Assembly (NCBI GenBank): GCA_964640955.1
Contig: CAZXJI010000005.1
Span: forward strand, 65,768-129,767
Direction of reading: 5' to 3'
DNA: 64,000 bases
From: an uncultured Oscillospiraceae bacterium
Lineage (GTDB): Bacteria > Bacillota > Clostridia > Christensenellales > Aristaeellaceae
Within the stretch, counting starts at the first letter, position 1, and each line of letters opens with the position of its first letter. This document shows positions 46,567 to 54,814 of this stretch, piece by piece. The position numbers were made by a program, and so were the translations under genes. The notes beneath the pieces are model-generated. The model had not been told where the DNA came from and did not search any database. It saw only the letters and a list, made by a program, of their open reading frames with translations.

Positions 46567-48180
46567 TTACGCTTTGCCGTCCCGGTTTTTCACCGCCGCG
46601 CCCACGAACTCCCTAAACAGCGGATGCGGGCGGTTGGGGCGGCTTTTGAGTTCCGGGTGGAACTGCACGCCCACGAAGAAGGGATGGCCCGGCATCTCCA
46701 CGATCTCCACCAGGTTGCGGTCGGGGTTGCGCCCGGCAATCACCATGCCCCCCGCCATGAAGCGGTCGAGATACTCGTTGTTGAACTCGTAGCGGTGGCG
46801 GTGGCGCTCCCAGATATCGTTTACGCCGTAGGCGCGCTCACTCACCGTGCCCGGCGCGATGAGGCAGCGGTACTTGCCCAGGCGCATGGTGCCGCCCAGG
46901 TTGCCCAGGTCCTGATCGGCCATCAGGTCGATGACGGGATAGGTGGTGTGGGGGTCGACCTCGGTGGTGTGCGCGTCCCGCATTTCCAGCACGTGGCGGG
47001 CAAACTCGATCACCGCCATCTGCATGCCCAGGCACAGGCCCAGGAAGGGCAGCCCGTTCTCCCGCGCGTACTGTATGGCGGTCATCTTGCCTTCCAGCCC
47101 GCGGGCGCCGAAGCCGCCGGGCACGACCAGGCCGTTGACGCCGGAGAGAATCTCCTCCACGTTTTCGGGGGTCACGTCCTCGGCGGGCACCCAGTTGACT
47201 TTCACCTTCACGCCGTGGTGGATGCCCCCGTGGGTCAGCGCTTCCACCACGCTCAGGTAGGCGTCGGGAAGCTCCACGTATTTGCCCACCAGCGCGACGG
47301 TCACGCTGGTCTCGCTTTCCATCTGCCGCTGAACCATGGCTTTCCACTCGGTCAGGTCGGCTTCCCGGGCGGGGAGGTTCAAAAGCTTCACCACCTGCTC
47401 GTCCAGCCCCTCGTTATGCAAAAGCAGGGGCACTTCGTACAGGCAGCGGGCGTTCAGGTTTTGAAAAACGCGCTCCACGGGCAGGTTGCAGAACATACTG
47501 ATCTTGGCGCGCAGCTCGTAGGGCAGCTCGTGGTCGGCGCGGCACACCAGAATATCCGGCGCGATGCCGATGCCGCTCAACTCCTTCACGCTGTGCTGCG
47601 TGGGCTTGGTTTTCAGCTCCCCGGCGGCGTTTAGGTACGGCACGAGGGTCACGTGCAGATAGAGGCAGTTTTCGCGGCCGACCTCGGCGCGCATCTGGCG
47701 GATGGCCTCCAGAAAAGGAAGGCTTTCGATGTCGCCCACCGTGCCGCCGATTTCGGTAATCACGACGTCCGGTGCGTTCTCGGTGCGGCTGACGGCCAGT
47801 ATGTTTCGTTTGATTTCGTTGGTGATGTGCGGAATCACCTGTATGGTGGCGCCCAGGTATTCGCCGCGGCGTTCGCGGTCGATAACGGTCTTGTACACGC
47901 GGCCGCTGGTCACGTTGCTGGCCTGCGTCAGGCTTTCGTCGATGAAGCGCTCGTAGTGGCCCAGGTCGAGGTCGGTTTCGGCGCCGTCGTCGGTGACGAA
48001 CACCTCCCCGTGCTGGTAGGGGTTCATGGTGCCGGGGTCGACGTTCAGGTAGGGGTCGAACTTCTGGATGGAGACCCTTAGCCCCCGGCTTTTGAGCAGC
48101 CGCCCCAGCGACGCGGCCGTGATGCCCTTGCCCAGCGAGGAAACCACGCCGCCCGTGACAAAAATAAATTTCGTGTCCAT
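46567..48180 (-). CDS. pyrG: CTP synthase
   Basis: Internal ATG after AAGGAGG ([26 protein letters not shown]...). Glutamine amidotransferase motif GLCLGMQ...HRHRYE. Confidence 0.95.
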   Translation of the reverse strand: MDTKFIFVTGGVVSSLGKGITAASLGRLLKSRGLRVSIQKFDPYLNVDPGTMNPYQHGEVFVTDDGAETDLDLGHYERFIDESLTQASNVTSGRVYKTVIDRERRGEYLGATIQVIPHITNEIKRNILAVSRTENAPDVVITEIGGTVGDIESLPFLEAIRQMRAEVGRENCLYLHVTLVPYLNAAGELKTKPTQHSVKELSGIGIAPDILVCRADHELPYELRAKISMFCNLPVERVFQNLNARCLYEVPLLLHNEGLDEQVVKLLNLPAREADLTEWKAMVQRQMESETSVTVALVGKYVELPDAYLSVVEALTHGGIHHGVKVKVNWVPAEDVTPENVEEILSGVNGLVVPGGFGARGLEGKMTAIQYARENGLPFLGLCLGMQMAVIEFARHVLEMRDAHTTEVDPHTTYPVIDLMADQDLGNLGGTMRLGKYRCLIAPGTVSERAYGVNDIWERHRHRYEFNNEYLDRFMAGGMVIAGRNPDRNLVEIVEMPGHPFFVGVQFHPELKSRPNRPHPLFREFVGAAVKNRDGKA

Positions 48181-48218
48181 ACGAAGTTCCGCCTCCTTCG
48201 TGAAATCAAACAAACTAT

Positions 48219-48247
48219 ATTCTATCAAACCCCCCCTGTTTCGTCAA
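48219..48247 (-). promoter_or_regulatory. SigA-type promoter of pyrG
   Basis: Minus strand TTGACG-17 nt-TAGAAT, about 35 nt upstream of the ATG. Confidence 0.55.
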
Positions 48248-48306
48248 TAACGAATCCATCGACTTTTACGCCGGTCGAGCCGGCGCGGGGTGCCCGAAAC
48301 GATCGC

Positions 48307-48334
48307 GGGCGCGCCGGAAAAGTGCGGCGCGCCC
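48307..48334 (-). terminator. hairpin after the antiporter gene
   Basis: GGGCGCGCCG-8 nt-CGGCGCGCCC, a 10-bp stem 30 nt past the stop. Confidence 0.5.
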
Positions 48335-48364
48335 GTGGAGAGGGTCAAACGGATAGCGGCAGGA

Positions 48365-49588
48365 TTATTTACGCGGCACCGGGCAGCTGGACGGCGGAGG
48401 CATGGCCTGCCCGATCTCGCCGGATTTGGTGAGGGCGTATTTGGTAATCACGGGGCCGACCAGCTCGTAGATCAGCGTTCCGGCCAGGACGATCGCCTGT
48501 ATCTGGTGGCCGTAGGCCGGAAGGCGGATAATGGCCAGCTGCGCCATGCCGATGGCGACGCCGGCCTGCGGGATCAGCGTAAGGCCCAGGTATTTCTGCA
48601 CGTTGGGGTGCGCCTTCACCAGGCGGGAGCCGACCATCGCGCCGGTCCACTTGCCCAAAACGCGCATGATGATGTAGCAAATCCCCACGATGCCCACCGT
48701 GGGCAGCACGCTCAGGTTGAGGTCCATGCCGGAGATGACGAAGAACAGCAGGAACACCGGCGGGGTGAAACGGTCGGTCTGCTCGATGATGACGTTGGAA
48801 GCATGGGAAACGTTGGTCATCACCGCACCCAGCATCATCATGCACAGAAGGCTGGACAGGTTCCAGCGGATGCACAGCGCCAGAGACAGGAAGATGAAAG
48901 CGATCGTCAGCGCCAGTTTGTTGCCGCGCGAGGCGAAGAACCGGGCGAAGAAGCTCAACAGAAAGCCGAACGCCGCGCCCAGCGCCAGCGAGCCGGTAAT
49001 CTCCAGAAGCGGATCCAGAAACATGCTCATGAAGGTCAGGGGCCCGCCGCTGGCGAAGGCCTGGGCGATGTTCATGGACACCGCGAAGGCGATCAGCCCT
49101 ACGGCGTCGTCCATGGCGACCACGGGCAGGAGCATTTCGCTTACGGGACCCTTGGCCTTGTACTGGCGGATCACCATCAGGGTCGCGGCCGGGGCGGTGG
49201 CGGCGGCGATGGAGCCCAGCGCCACGGACATGGGCAGCGAAAAGCCGGGCACGCCCAGAACGGTGCACAGGATCAGCGTCACGTCCACGAAAAGCACGGC
49301 GGTCAGGGACTCGAAAGCCGTGATGGTCAGGGGCTTGGCGCCGATTTTGCGAATGTAGCTCAGCTTGAACTCGGCCCCGATGGAATAGGCGATGAAGCCC
49401 AGGGCGACTTCCGTGATGATGGCGAAGGAATCGGCGGTCCCCTGGGGGATCAGACCCAGCACGGACGGGCCGACCACCAAACCGCCGATCAGGAATCCGG
49501 TTACGTTGGGCAGATGGATGAGCTTGGCGAAGCGGCTGAAAAGCAGGCCCACGCCGATGGCGAGGGCCAGCGCGAGGAGGGTGTTCAT
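48365..49588 (-). CDS. cation:proton antiporter (CPA2 / Na_H_Exchanger family), no RCK domain
   Basis: 407 aa, about 12 TM segments. N-terminus MNTLLALALAIGVGLLFSRFAKLIHLPNVTGFLIGGLVVGPSVLG is typical of Kef/NapA-type antiporters. Confidence 0.85.
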   Translation of the reverse strand: MNTLLALALAIGVGLLFSRFAKLIHLPNVTGFLIGGLVVGPSVLGLIPQGTADSFAIITEVALGFIAYSIGAEFKLSYIRKIGAKPLTITAFESLTAVLFVDVTLILCTVLGVPGFSLPMSVALGSIAAATAPAATLMVIRQYKAKGPVSEMLLPVVAMDDAVGLIAFAVSMNIAQAFASGGPLTFMSMFLDPLLEITGSLALGAAFGFLLSFFARFFASRGNKLALTIAFIFLSLALCIRWNLSSLLCMMMLGAVMTNVSHASNVIIEQTDRFTPPVFLLFFVISGMDLNLSVLPTVGIVGICYIIMRVLGKWTGAMVGSRLVKAHPNVQKYLGLTLIPQAGVAIGMAQLAIIRLPAYGHQIQAIVLAGTLIYELVGPVITKYALTKSGEIGQAMPPPSSCPVPRK

Positions 49589-49932
49589 TGGTGGCAGCCC
49601 TCCATCCCCTCGGCGTATAAAACCGGCATGGCGAACATAACCCCGGTGTCGGGCCTGTCAAGCCCGCCGGTCACTTCGTTTACGATATCGCGCACCTTCT
49701 GGGCCTGATCGTCCTCCAGCACCATCATCAGCGTTTTGCTGCTGCGGCGCTCCGGGTCGAACAGGTGGCGCAGCGCGCCGAACATGGGCGCGTCGTCGCC
49801 CCGCTGGTCGAGCACGCGCATCATGCCGGTGCTCTCCAGAATGGTCGCGCCGTGCGCGCCGCATTCCAGCAGCCTTTCCAGAAGCGGTTCCAGGCATTCC
49901 GTTTTGCTCAATACGAGAAAAAAGACCTGCAT
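49585..49932 (-). CDS. small PII-like protein (putative regulator), translationally coupled to the antiporter
   Basis: 115 aa. The hydrophobic/helical pattern fits a beta-alpha-beta-beta-alpha-beta PII-like fold with a long loop (TGMMRVLDQRGDDAPMFGALRHLFDPERRS). ATGA overlap with the antiporter start. Confidence 0.55.
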   Translation of the reverse strand: MQVFFLVLSKTECLEPLLERLLECGAHGATILESTGMMRVLDQRGDDAPMFGALRHLFDPERRSSKTLMMVLEDDQAQKVRDIVNEVTGGLDRPDTGVMFAMPVLYAEGMEGCHQ

Positions 49933-49993
49933 TCGATCACCTTCATTTTCCTTTTCAATGGGATCCGTATGACGTTCACGTTCTAACTATTTC

Positions 49994-50022
49994 ATCATAG
50001 TCCCGAAACAAGAAAAATGCAA
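49994..50022 (-). promoter_or_regulatory. candidate promoter of the PII-like/antiporter operon
   Basis: Minus strand TTGCAT-17 nt-TATGAT. Confidence 0.5.
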
Positions 50023-50077
50023 GGGCTGGGCGGATTTCCATCCCTCTGGCAGGAAAAAACCGCGGGGGAACTTCGTT

Positions 50078-50106
50078 TTGATTTTTCGCGGTATTCATAG
50101 TATGAT
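50078..50106 (+). promoter_or_regulatory. candidate promoter of the phosphonate operon
   Basis: TTGATT-17 nt-TATGAT, 35 nt upstream of the ppd ATG. Confidence 0.5.
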
Positions 50107-50140
50107 AACCGTATCGAAAGCGGATCAAGAGGTGCGCAGA

Positions 50141-51280
50141 ATGGATGCGAGGGTGTTTCTTGGCGGTCTTTCCCGGCTCGGGGTGGATTTTTATACCGGC
50201 GTGCCGGATTCGCTCCTGCGCCCGCTGAACGACGCGCTGGCCGGCGATTACGGGCTTGGGGGCGCGCACGTCGTGGCGGCGGACGAGGGCGGCGCGGTGG
50301 CGCTGGCGGCGGGGCACTATATCGCCACGGGCCGGCCCGCGCTGGTGTATATGCAAAACAGCGGCCTGGGCAACGCCGTGAACCCCGTGTGCTCGCTGCT
50401 CAACGGCCGGGTGTACGGCATCCCCTGCGTGTTCGTGGTCGGCTGGCGCGGCGAGCCGGGCGCCGGCGACGAGCCCCAGCACGCCTTTCAGGGTGAGATA
50501 ACGCGGGAACAGCTGGCGCTTTTGGAAATCGCCGTGTTCGAGCTGTCCACCCAAACCGACGCGGCCGCGTTCGACGTGATGCTCGCGGATTGCGCGCCGC
50601 TGCTGGCCTCGGGCCGGAGCGTGGCGTTTCTGGTGCACAAGGGCGGCCTCGCGGGGCCAACCGATCCGCCGCCCATAAACGGGCGCGCCCTGCTGAGGGA
50701 AGAGGCGCTTAAAACTCTGCTGGCCGCCATGGGACCGTCGGATATCGCGGTGTCCACCACGGGCAAAACCTCCCGCGAGGTGTACGAGCTGCGCGAGGCG
50801 CTCGGGCAGGGCCATGCGCACGATTTTCTGACCGTCGGCTCCATGGGCCACGCGAACATGATCGCGCTGGGCATGGCCAAGGCCCGGCCGGAGCGCCTTT
50901 TCTGGTGTCTGGACGGGGACGGTGCGGCGCTGATGCACCTGGGCGGGCTGGCCGTGGAGGTGCAGCAGGACTGTCGAAACCTGATCCACGTGGTGCTCAA
51001 CAACGGCGCGCACGAGAGCGTGGGCGGCATGCCGGTGGCGGGGGGCTCGTTTCGCTTTGCGCCGGTGGCGCGGGCCGCGGGCTATCCAAACGTGTTCACC
51101 GCCGAAACGGCGGCCGGGCTGGCCGATGCGGCGCGGGAGGCGCGCGAAGCGGCGACCGGGGGCCCCTGCTTTGTGGAGGCGCTGCTGCGCCAGGGCTCCC
51201 GCGCCGACCTGGGACGACCCGGGCAGACGCCCAAAGAGAACCTGCGCGCTCTGATGGACGAACTCGGCGGGGAGGCGTAA
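50141..51280 (+). CDS. ppd: phosphonopyruvate decarboxylase (Ppd/Fom2/AepY type)
   Basis: Internal ATG (MDARVFLGGLSRLGVDFYTGVPDSLLRPL...). Single-chain TPP enzyme of about 380 aa with TPP motif GDG-x25-NN (LDGDGAALMHLG...VVLNNGAHES). Confidence 0.88.
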   Translation: MDARVFLGGLSRLGVDFYTGVPDSLLRPLNDALAGDYGLGGAHVVAADEGGAVALAAGHYIATGRPALVYMQNSGLGNAVNPVCSLLNGRVYGIPCVFVVGWRGEPGAGDEPQHAFQGEITREQLALLEIAVFELSTQTDAAAFDVMLADCAPLLASGRSVAFLVHKGGLAGPTDPPPINGRALLREEALKTLLAAMGPSDIAVSTTGKTSREVYELREALGQGHAHDFLTVGSMGHANMIALGMAKARPERLFWCLDGDGAALMHLGGLAVEVQQDCRNLIHVVLNNGAHESVGGMPVAGGSFRFAPVARAAGYPNVFTAETAAGLADAAREAREAATGGPCFVEALLRQGSRADLGRPGQTPKENLRALMDELGGEA

Positions 51281-51283
51281 GGG

Positions 51284-52015
51284 ATGCAGGCGCTGATCCT
51301 CAACTCCGGCGTCGGGCGGCGCATGGGAGAGACGACGAAACACAGCCCCAAGGGCATGGTGGAGATCGGCGGGGGGTATACCATCCTGAGCCGCCTGCTC
51401 ACCCAGCTTGCGCGCGCGGGCGTCCGGGACGTGACGATCACCACCGGGCCGTTTTGCGAAAAGCTCCGCGCCCACGCGGAGGGGCTTGGACTGCCCCTGA
51501 CCCTCCGGTACGGACATAACCCCGATTACGAAACCACCAACTACATCGTGAGCATCTGCTGCGCCGCGCCGCTTTTGACCGGGGACGACCTGCTTTTGTT
51601 CCACGGCGATCTGGTGCTGGAGGGCGGCGTGCTGGCCGACCTGATGCGGGCGGAAAACAACGCGGTGGCCGTCGACCGCGCGTTGCCCCTGCCGAAAAAG
51701 GACTTTAAGGCGCGCATCGCGGACGGCCGGGTGACGGCGGTGGGCGTGGCGTTTTTCGGGGCCGACTGCGCGGCCTGCCAGCCGGCCTACCGCTGGCGGC
51801 GGGCGGATTTCGAAACGTGGCTGGACGCCATGCGGGCGTTCGTCGCCCGCGGCGAAACCGGCGTGTATGCCGAAAACGCCTTCAACGCGCTGAACGGCGC
51901 GCTGCCGCTGTACCCGCTGGAACTGAACGGCCGCCTCTGCGCCGAGATCGACGACACGGACGACCTGCGCGCGGTGGGCGCGCGCTTCCTTCAAACGCTC
52001 GCGGCCGAGCCGTAA
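51284..52015 (+). CDS. LicC/PntC-like nucleotidyltransferase
   Basis: N-terminal LILNSGVGRRMGETTKHSPKGMV (GxGxR...K NTP-transferase signature). 243 aa. Starts 3 nt after the ppd stop. Confidence 0.75.
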   Translation: MQALILNSGVGRRMGETTKHSPKGMVEIGGGYTILSRLLTQLARAGVRDVTITTGPFCEKLRAHAEGLGLPLTLRYGHNPDYETTNYIVSICCAAPLLTGDDLLLFHGDLVLEGGVLADLMRAENNAVAVDRALPLPKKDFKARIADGRVTAVGVAFFGADCAACQPAYRWRRADFETWLDAMRAFVARGETGVYAENAFNALNGALPLYPLELNGRLCAEIDDTDDLRAVGARFLQTLAAEP

Positions 52016-52045
52016 GGCCCGTGCCGCGCAAAAGGCAGGGATTTC

Positions 52046-53341
52046 ATGAAAACCGTTTACATGTGCTTCAGCACCGATATTCTGCACAGCGGGCACGTCG
52101 CCATCCTCCGCCGCGCCGCGGCGCTGGGGGAGCTGACCGTGGGGGTGCTGACGGACGAGGCCATCGCCACCTACAAGCGCTATCCGCTCGTACCGCTGGC
52201 CGACCGCATCGCGCTGTTTGAAAGCATCGGCGGCGTGAGCCGGGTGGTGACGCAGGATACGCTCAGCTACCGGGGCGCGATCGAGGCGCTTAAGCCGGAT
52301 ATCGTGGTGCACGGCGACGACTGGCGCACCGGCGTGCAAAGCGGCGTGCGCGCCGAGGTGAAGGCGCTGCTGGCTGCCTACGGCGGGGAACTGGTCGAGT
52401 TTCCCTACACGCACGGCGCGGCCGAGGAGGCCGCCGCAGCGCTCGACTCCCGCCTCAACATGCCGGAGTACCGGCGCGGCAGGCTCAAGCGCCTCATGCA
52501 GCTCAAGCCCTGCCTGAGCGTGATGGAGGCCCACAACGGCCTGACCGGGCTGATTGTGGAAAACGCGCGCGTGGATACGCCGGAGGGCGTCAAGACCTTC
52601 GACGCCATGTGGGTGAGCAGCCTGTGCGATTCGACCGTCAAGGGCCGCCCGGATATCGAACTGGTGGACATCACCAGCCGCATCCATACCCTGGAGGAGA
52701 TCATGGAGGTCACCTCCAAGCCCATCATCCTGGACGGGGACACGGGCGGGCAGACGGAACATTTCGTGTACAACCTGCGCACGCTGGAACGACTGGGCGT
52801 GAGCGCCGTGATCATCGAGGACAAGGTGGGGCTGAAGCGCAACTCGCTGTTCGGCGCCGACGCGGGGCAGACGCAGGCCGACCCGGAGACCTTCTGCGAA
52901 AAGATCGCCGCGGGTAAGAAGGCGCAGCGCAGCAGGGATTTTATGATCTTCGCGCGCTGCGAAAGCCTGATCCTACAAAAAGGCATGGAGGACGCGCTGG
53001 CCCGCTGCCGCGCGTACGTCGAGGCCGGCGCCGACGGCGTGATGATCCACAGCTGCCGCAAAACCCCGGACGAGGTGTACGAGTTTCTGCGTCTTTTCCG
53101 CGAAACGAACCCCGCCGCGCCCGTGGTGGTGGTGCCCACCACCTACAATACGGCCACCGAGGCGGAACTGTGCGCCCGGGGTGCGAACATCGTCATTCAC
53201 GCCAACCACCTGCTGCGCAGCGCCTTCCCCGCCATGGAAAAGACGGCGGAGCTCACGCTGCGCAACGGCCGCACGCTGGAAGCGGACGGGCTGTGCATGC
53301 CCATCCGCGACATCCTCTCGCTGATCCCCACGGAGAAATAA
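52046..53341 (+). CDS. ppm: bifunctional cytidylyltransferase-like domain / phosphoenolpyruvate phosphomutase (Fom1-like)
   Basis: The N-terminal roughly 135 aa carry the HxGH motif (FSTDILHSGHVAILRRAA). The C-terminal isocitrate-lyase-fold domain has DGDTGG and the PEP-mutase-diagnostic EDKX5NS motif (EDKVGLKRNS). Confidence 0.9.
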   Translation: MKTVYMCFSTDILHSGHVAILRRAAALGELTVGVLTDEAIATYKRYPLVPLADRIALFESIGGVSRVVTQDTLSYRGAIEALKPDIVVHGDDWRTGVQSGVRAEVKALLAAYGGELVEFPYTHGAAEEAAAALDSRLNMPEYRRGRLKRLMQLKPCLSVMEAHNGLTGLIVENARVDTPEGVKTFDAMWVSSLCDSTVKGRPDIELVDITSRIHTLEEIMEVTSKPIILDGDTGGQTEHFVYNLRTLERLGVSAVIIEDKVGLKRNSLFGADAGQTQADPETFCEKIAAGKKAQRSRDFMIFARCESLILQKGMEDALARCRAYVEAGADGVMIHSCRKTPDEVYEFLRLFRETNPAAPVVVVPTTYNTATEAELCARGANIVIHANHLLRSAFPAMEKTAELTLRNGRTLEADGLCMPIRDILSLIPTEK

Positions 53342-53406
53342 GGTAAGAGCCGCGGTAAAAACGGCCGTGGCAACGGGCTTTCATTTTTCGCATACGGAGG
53401 AACGCC

Positions 53407-54546
53407 ATGCTGATGCCTTTCTGCCCGGTGGACGTACAAATCCTCGCCGACGGGAACGCCGCCGCGGCCGCCCTGCGGGCGCGGCTGAACCCGAATCAGG
53501 ATATCCTGTTTTTGGCTTCCGACGGCCGTTTTGAGGCGCTCAGGCTGGACCTGTTCGTGAACGCGCTGCAGGAGGACGGCCACAGGGTGCTTCGGTACGC
53601 GGATATCACCCCCAACCCCGCGCTTGCCGACGTGGCAAAGCTGCTTTCTTTCTTGTCGGCCAACGCCTTTGTGCCCACGGCGGTCGTCGCGGCGGGCGGA
53701 GGCAGCTGCATCGATCTGGGCAAGGCCGCCTGCGCGCTGTGCGGCCTGCCGCCTGCGCATACTTCGGCCGCGGTGCGGGAGGCGCTGCGAACGCACGCTT
53801 ACGAGCGGCCGCACGCGCGCCCCGGCCTGTACGCCCTGCCCACCACCGCGGGCACGGGCAGCGAGGTAACGCGCTGGGCCACGCTGTGGGACCCTGAGGA
53901 GAATAAAAAGCTTTCGCTGGATTATGCGGGCGGCTTTCCCAAAGCCGCGCTGCTGGTGCCGGCGTGGATGCGCGGCATGGGCGCGGAGCTTACGCTGGCC
54001 ACCGGGCTGGACGCGCTCTCCCACGCGATGGAGGCGTACTGGGCCGCGGCGCGGGAGCCGCTTTCCCAGGAGCTTGCGCTTGCGGCCGTCGCGAAAATAC
54101 GGGATGCCCTGCCGCTTTCGCTGGCCGACGCGGACGCCCCCGCGCCGCGCCGCGAGCTGGCGATGGGGTCACTGCTGGCGGGGCTGGCCTTTTCCCGCAC
54201 GCGCACGACCGCCTGCCACAGCATCAGCTATCCGCTCACTTTGCTTTTCGGCGTGCCGCACGGCTTCGCCGCGGCGATGGCCCTTTCCTCGGTGTTGCGC
54301 CGCAACCGCGCGGCCGTGCCGGAGCTAAACCGGCTGGACGCGCTTTTTGACGAGTACGAGGGCTTTGACGCGTGGATGGAGCGCGCGGCGCGGGGCGTGC
54401 GCCCGCTTAGGCTGTCCGCCTTCGGCATCGCCGAGGGCGACCTGCCCGCGATCCGCGACCTGGCGAGCACGCCGGGGCGCATGGACAACAATCCCGTGGC
54501 GTTTTCGCCGGACGAACTGCTGGAAATCCTCCGGGAGAACCTTTAG
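53407..54546 (+). CDS. iron-containing (group III) alcohol dehydrogenase, probable phosphonoacetaldehyde reductase (PhpC/FomC-like)
   Basis: GGGSCIDLGKA nucleotide-binding motif. Metal His motifs LDALSHAMEAY and TACHSISYPL. Last gene of the cassette. Confidence 0.8.
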   Translation: MLMPFCPVDVQILADGNAAAAALRARLNPNQDILFLASDGRFEALRLDLFVNALQEDGHRVLRYADITPNPALADVAKLLSFLSANAFVPTAVVAAGGGSCIDLGKAACALCGLPPAHTSAAVREALRTHAYERPHARPGLYALPTTAGTGSEVTRWATLWDPEENKKLSLDYAGGFPKAALLVPAWMRGMGAELTLATGLDALSHAMEAYWAAAREPLSQELALAAVAKIRDALPLSLADADAPAPRRELAMGSLLAGLAFSRTRTTACHSISYPLTLLFGVPHGFAAAMALSSVLRRNRAAVPELNRLDALFDEYEGFDAWMERAARGVRPLRLSAFGIAEGDLPAIRDLASTPGRMDNNPVAFSPDELLEILRENL

Positions 54547-54814
54547 CCGCAGCCTTTCGCACAAGCTAACAAAAAGCTAACAAAATGGGCAAAAACCGAA
54601 AACGGGAGCGAAAAGCGCGTATTTTCGGACGAAACACGACCGAAAACGCGGCGCTTTTCTGCCCCCGTAAAGACCGTTTTCATGGAACGAATGGAAAAAC
54701 AAAGAACAGACAATGCAAAAATGCGCAGATTTTGCTTGACAAACGCTTCTTCCGGATGTTAGGATTAGTAAAGCTAATCGTAAGCTTAACAAACTAACAA
54801 ACGGAGGGAAAAAC

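Noticed and set aside
48225-48241. Run of seven G (minus strand) near pyrG, considered as a reiterative-transcription signal like that of B. subtilis pyrG.
   Set aside because: The G-run lies in the spacer between the proposed -35 and -10 boxes, not at the transcript 5' end. No attenuator hairpin is evident in the short leader.
48290-49708. 472-aa plus-strand ORF and a 430-aa alternative minus-strand frame over the antiporter gene.
   Set aside because: Only the 48365..49588 minus frame gives a 12-TM hydrophobic protein. The others are charged low-complexity artefacts.
49976-52762. 928-aa minus-strand ORF opposite the phosphonate genes.
   Set aside because: Low-complexity Arg/Gly/Ala/His-rich product with no RBS context. 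The plus-strand genes carry diagnostic motifs (TPP motif, EDKX5NS).
54585-54797. 70-aa highly basic ORF (MGKNRKRERKARIFG...) in the AT-richer spacer.
   Set aside because: It has no RBS, spans the hairpin and the promoter-like elements, and its composition simply reflects A-rich DNA. It is more likely non-coding regulatory sequence.
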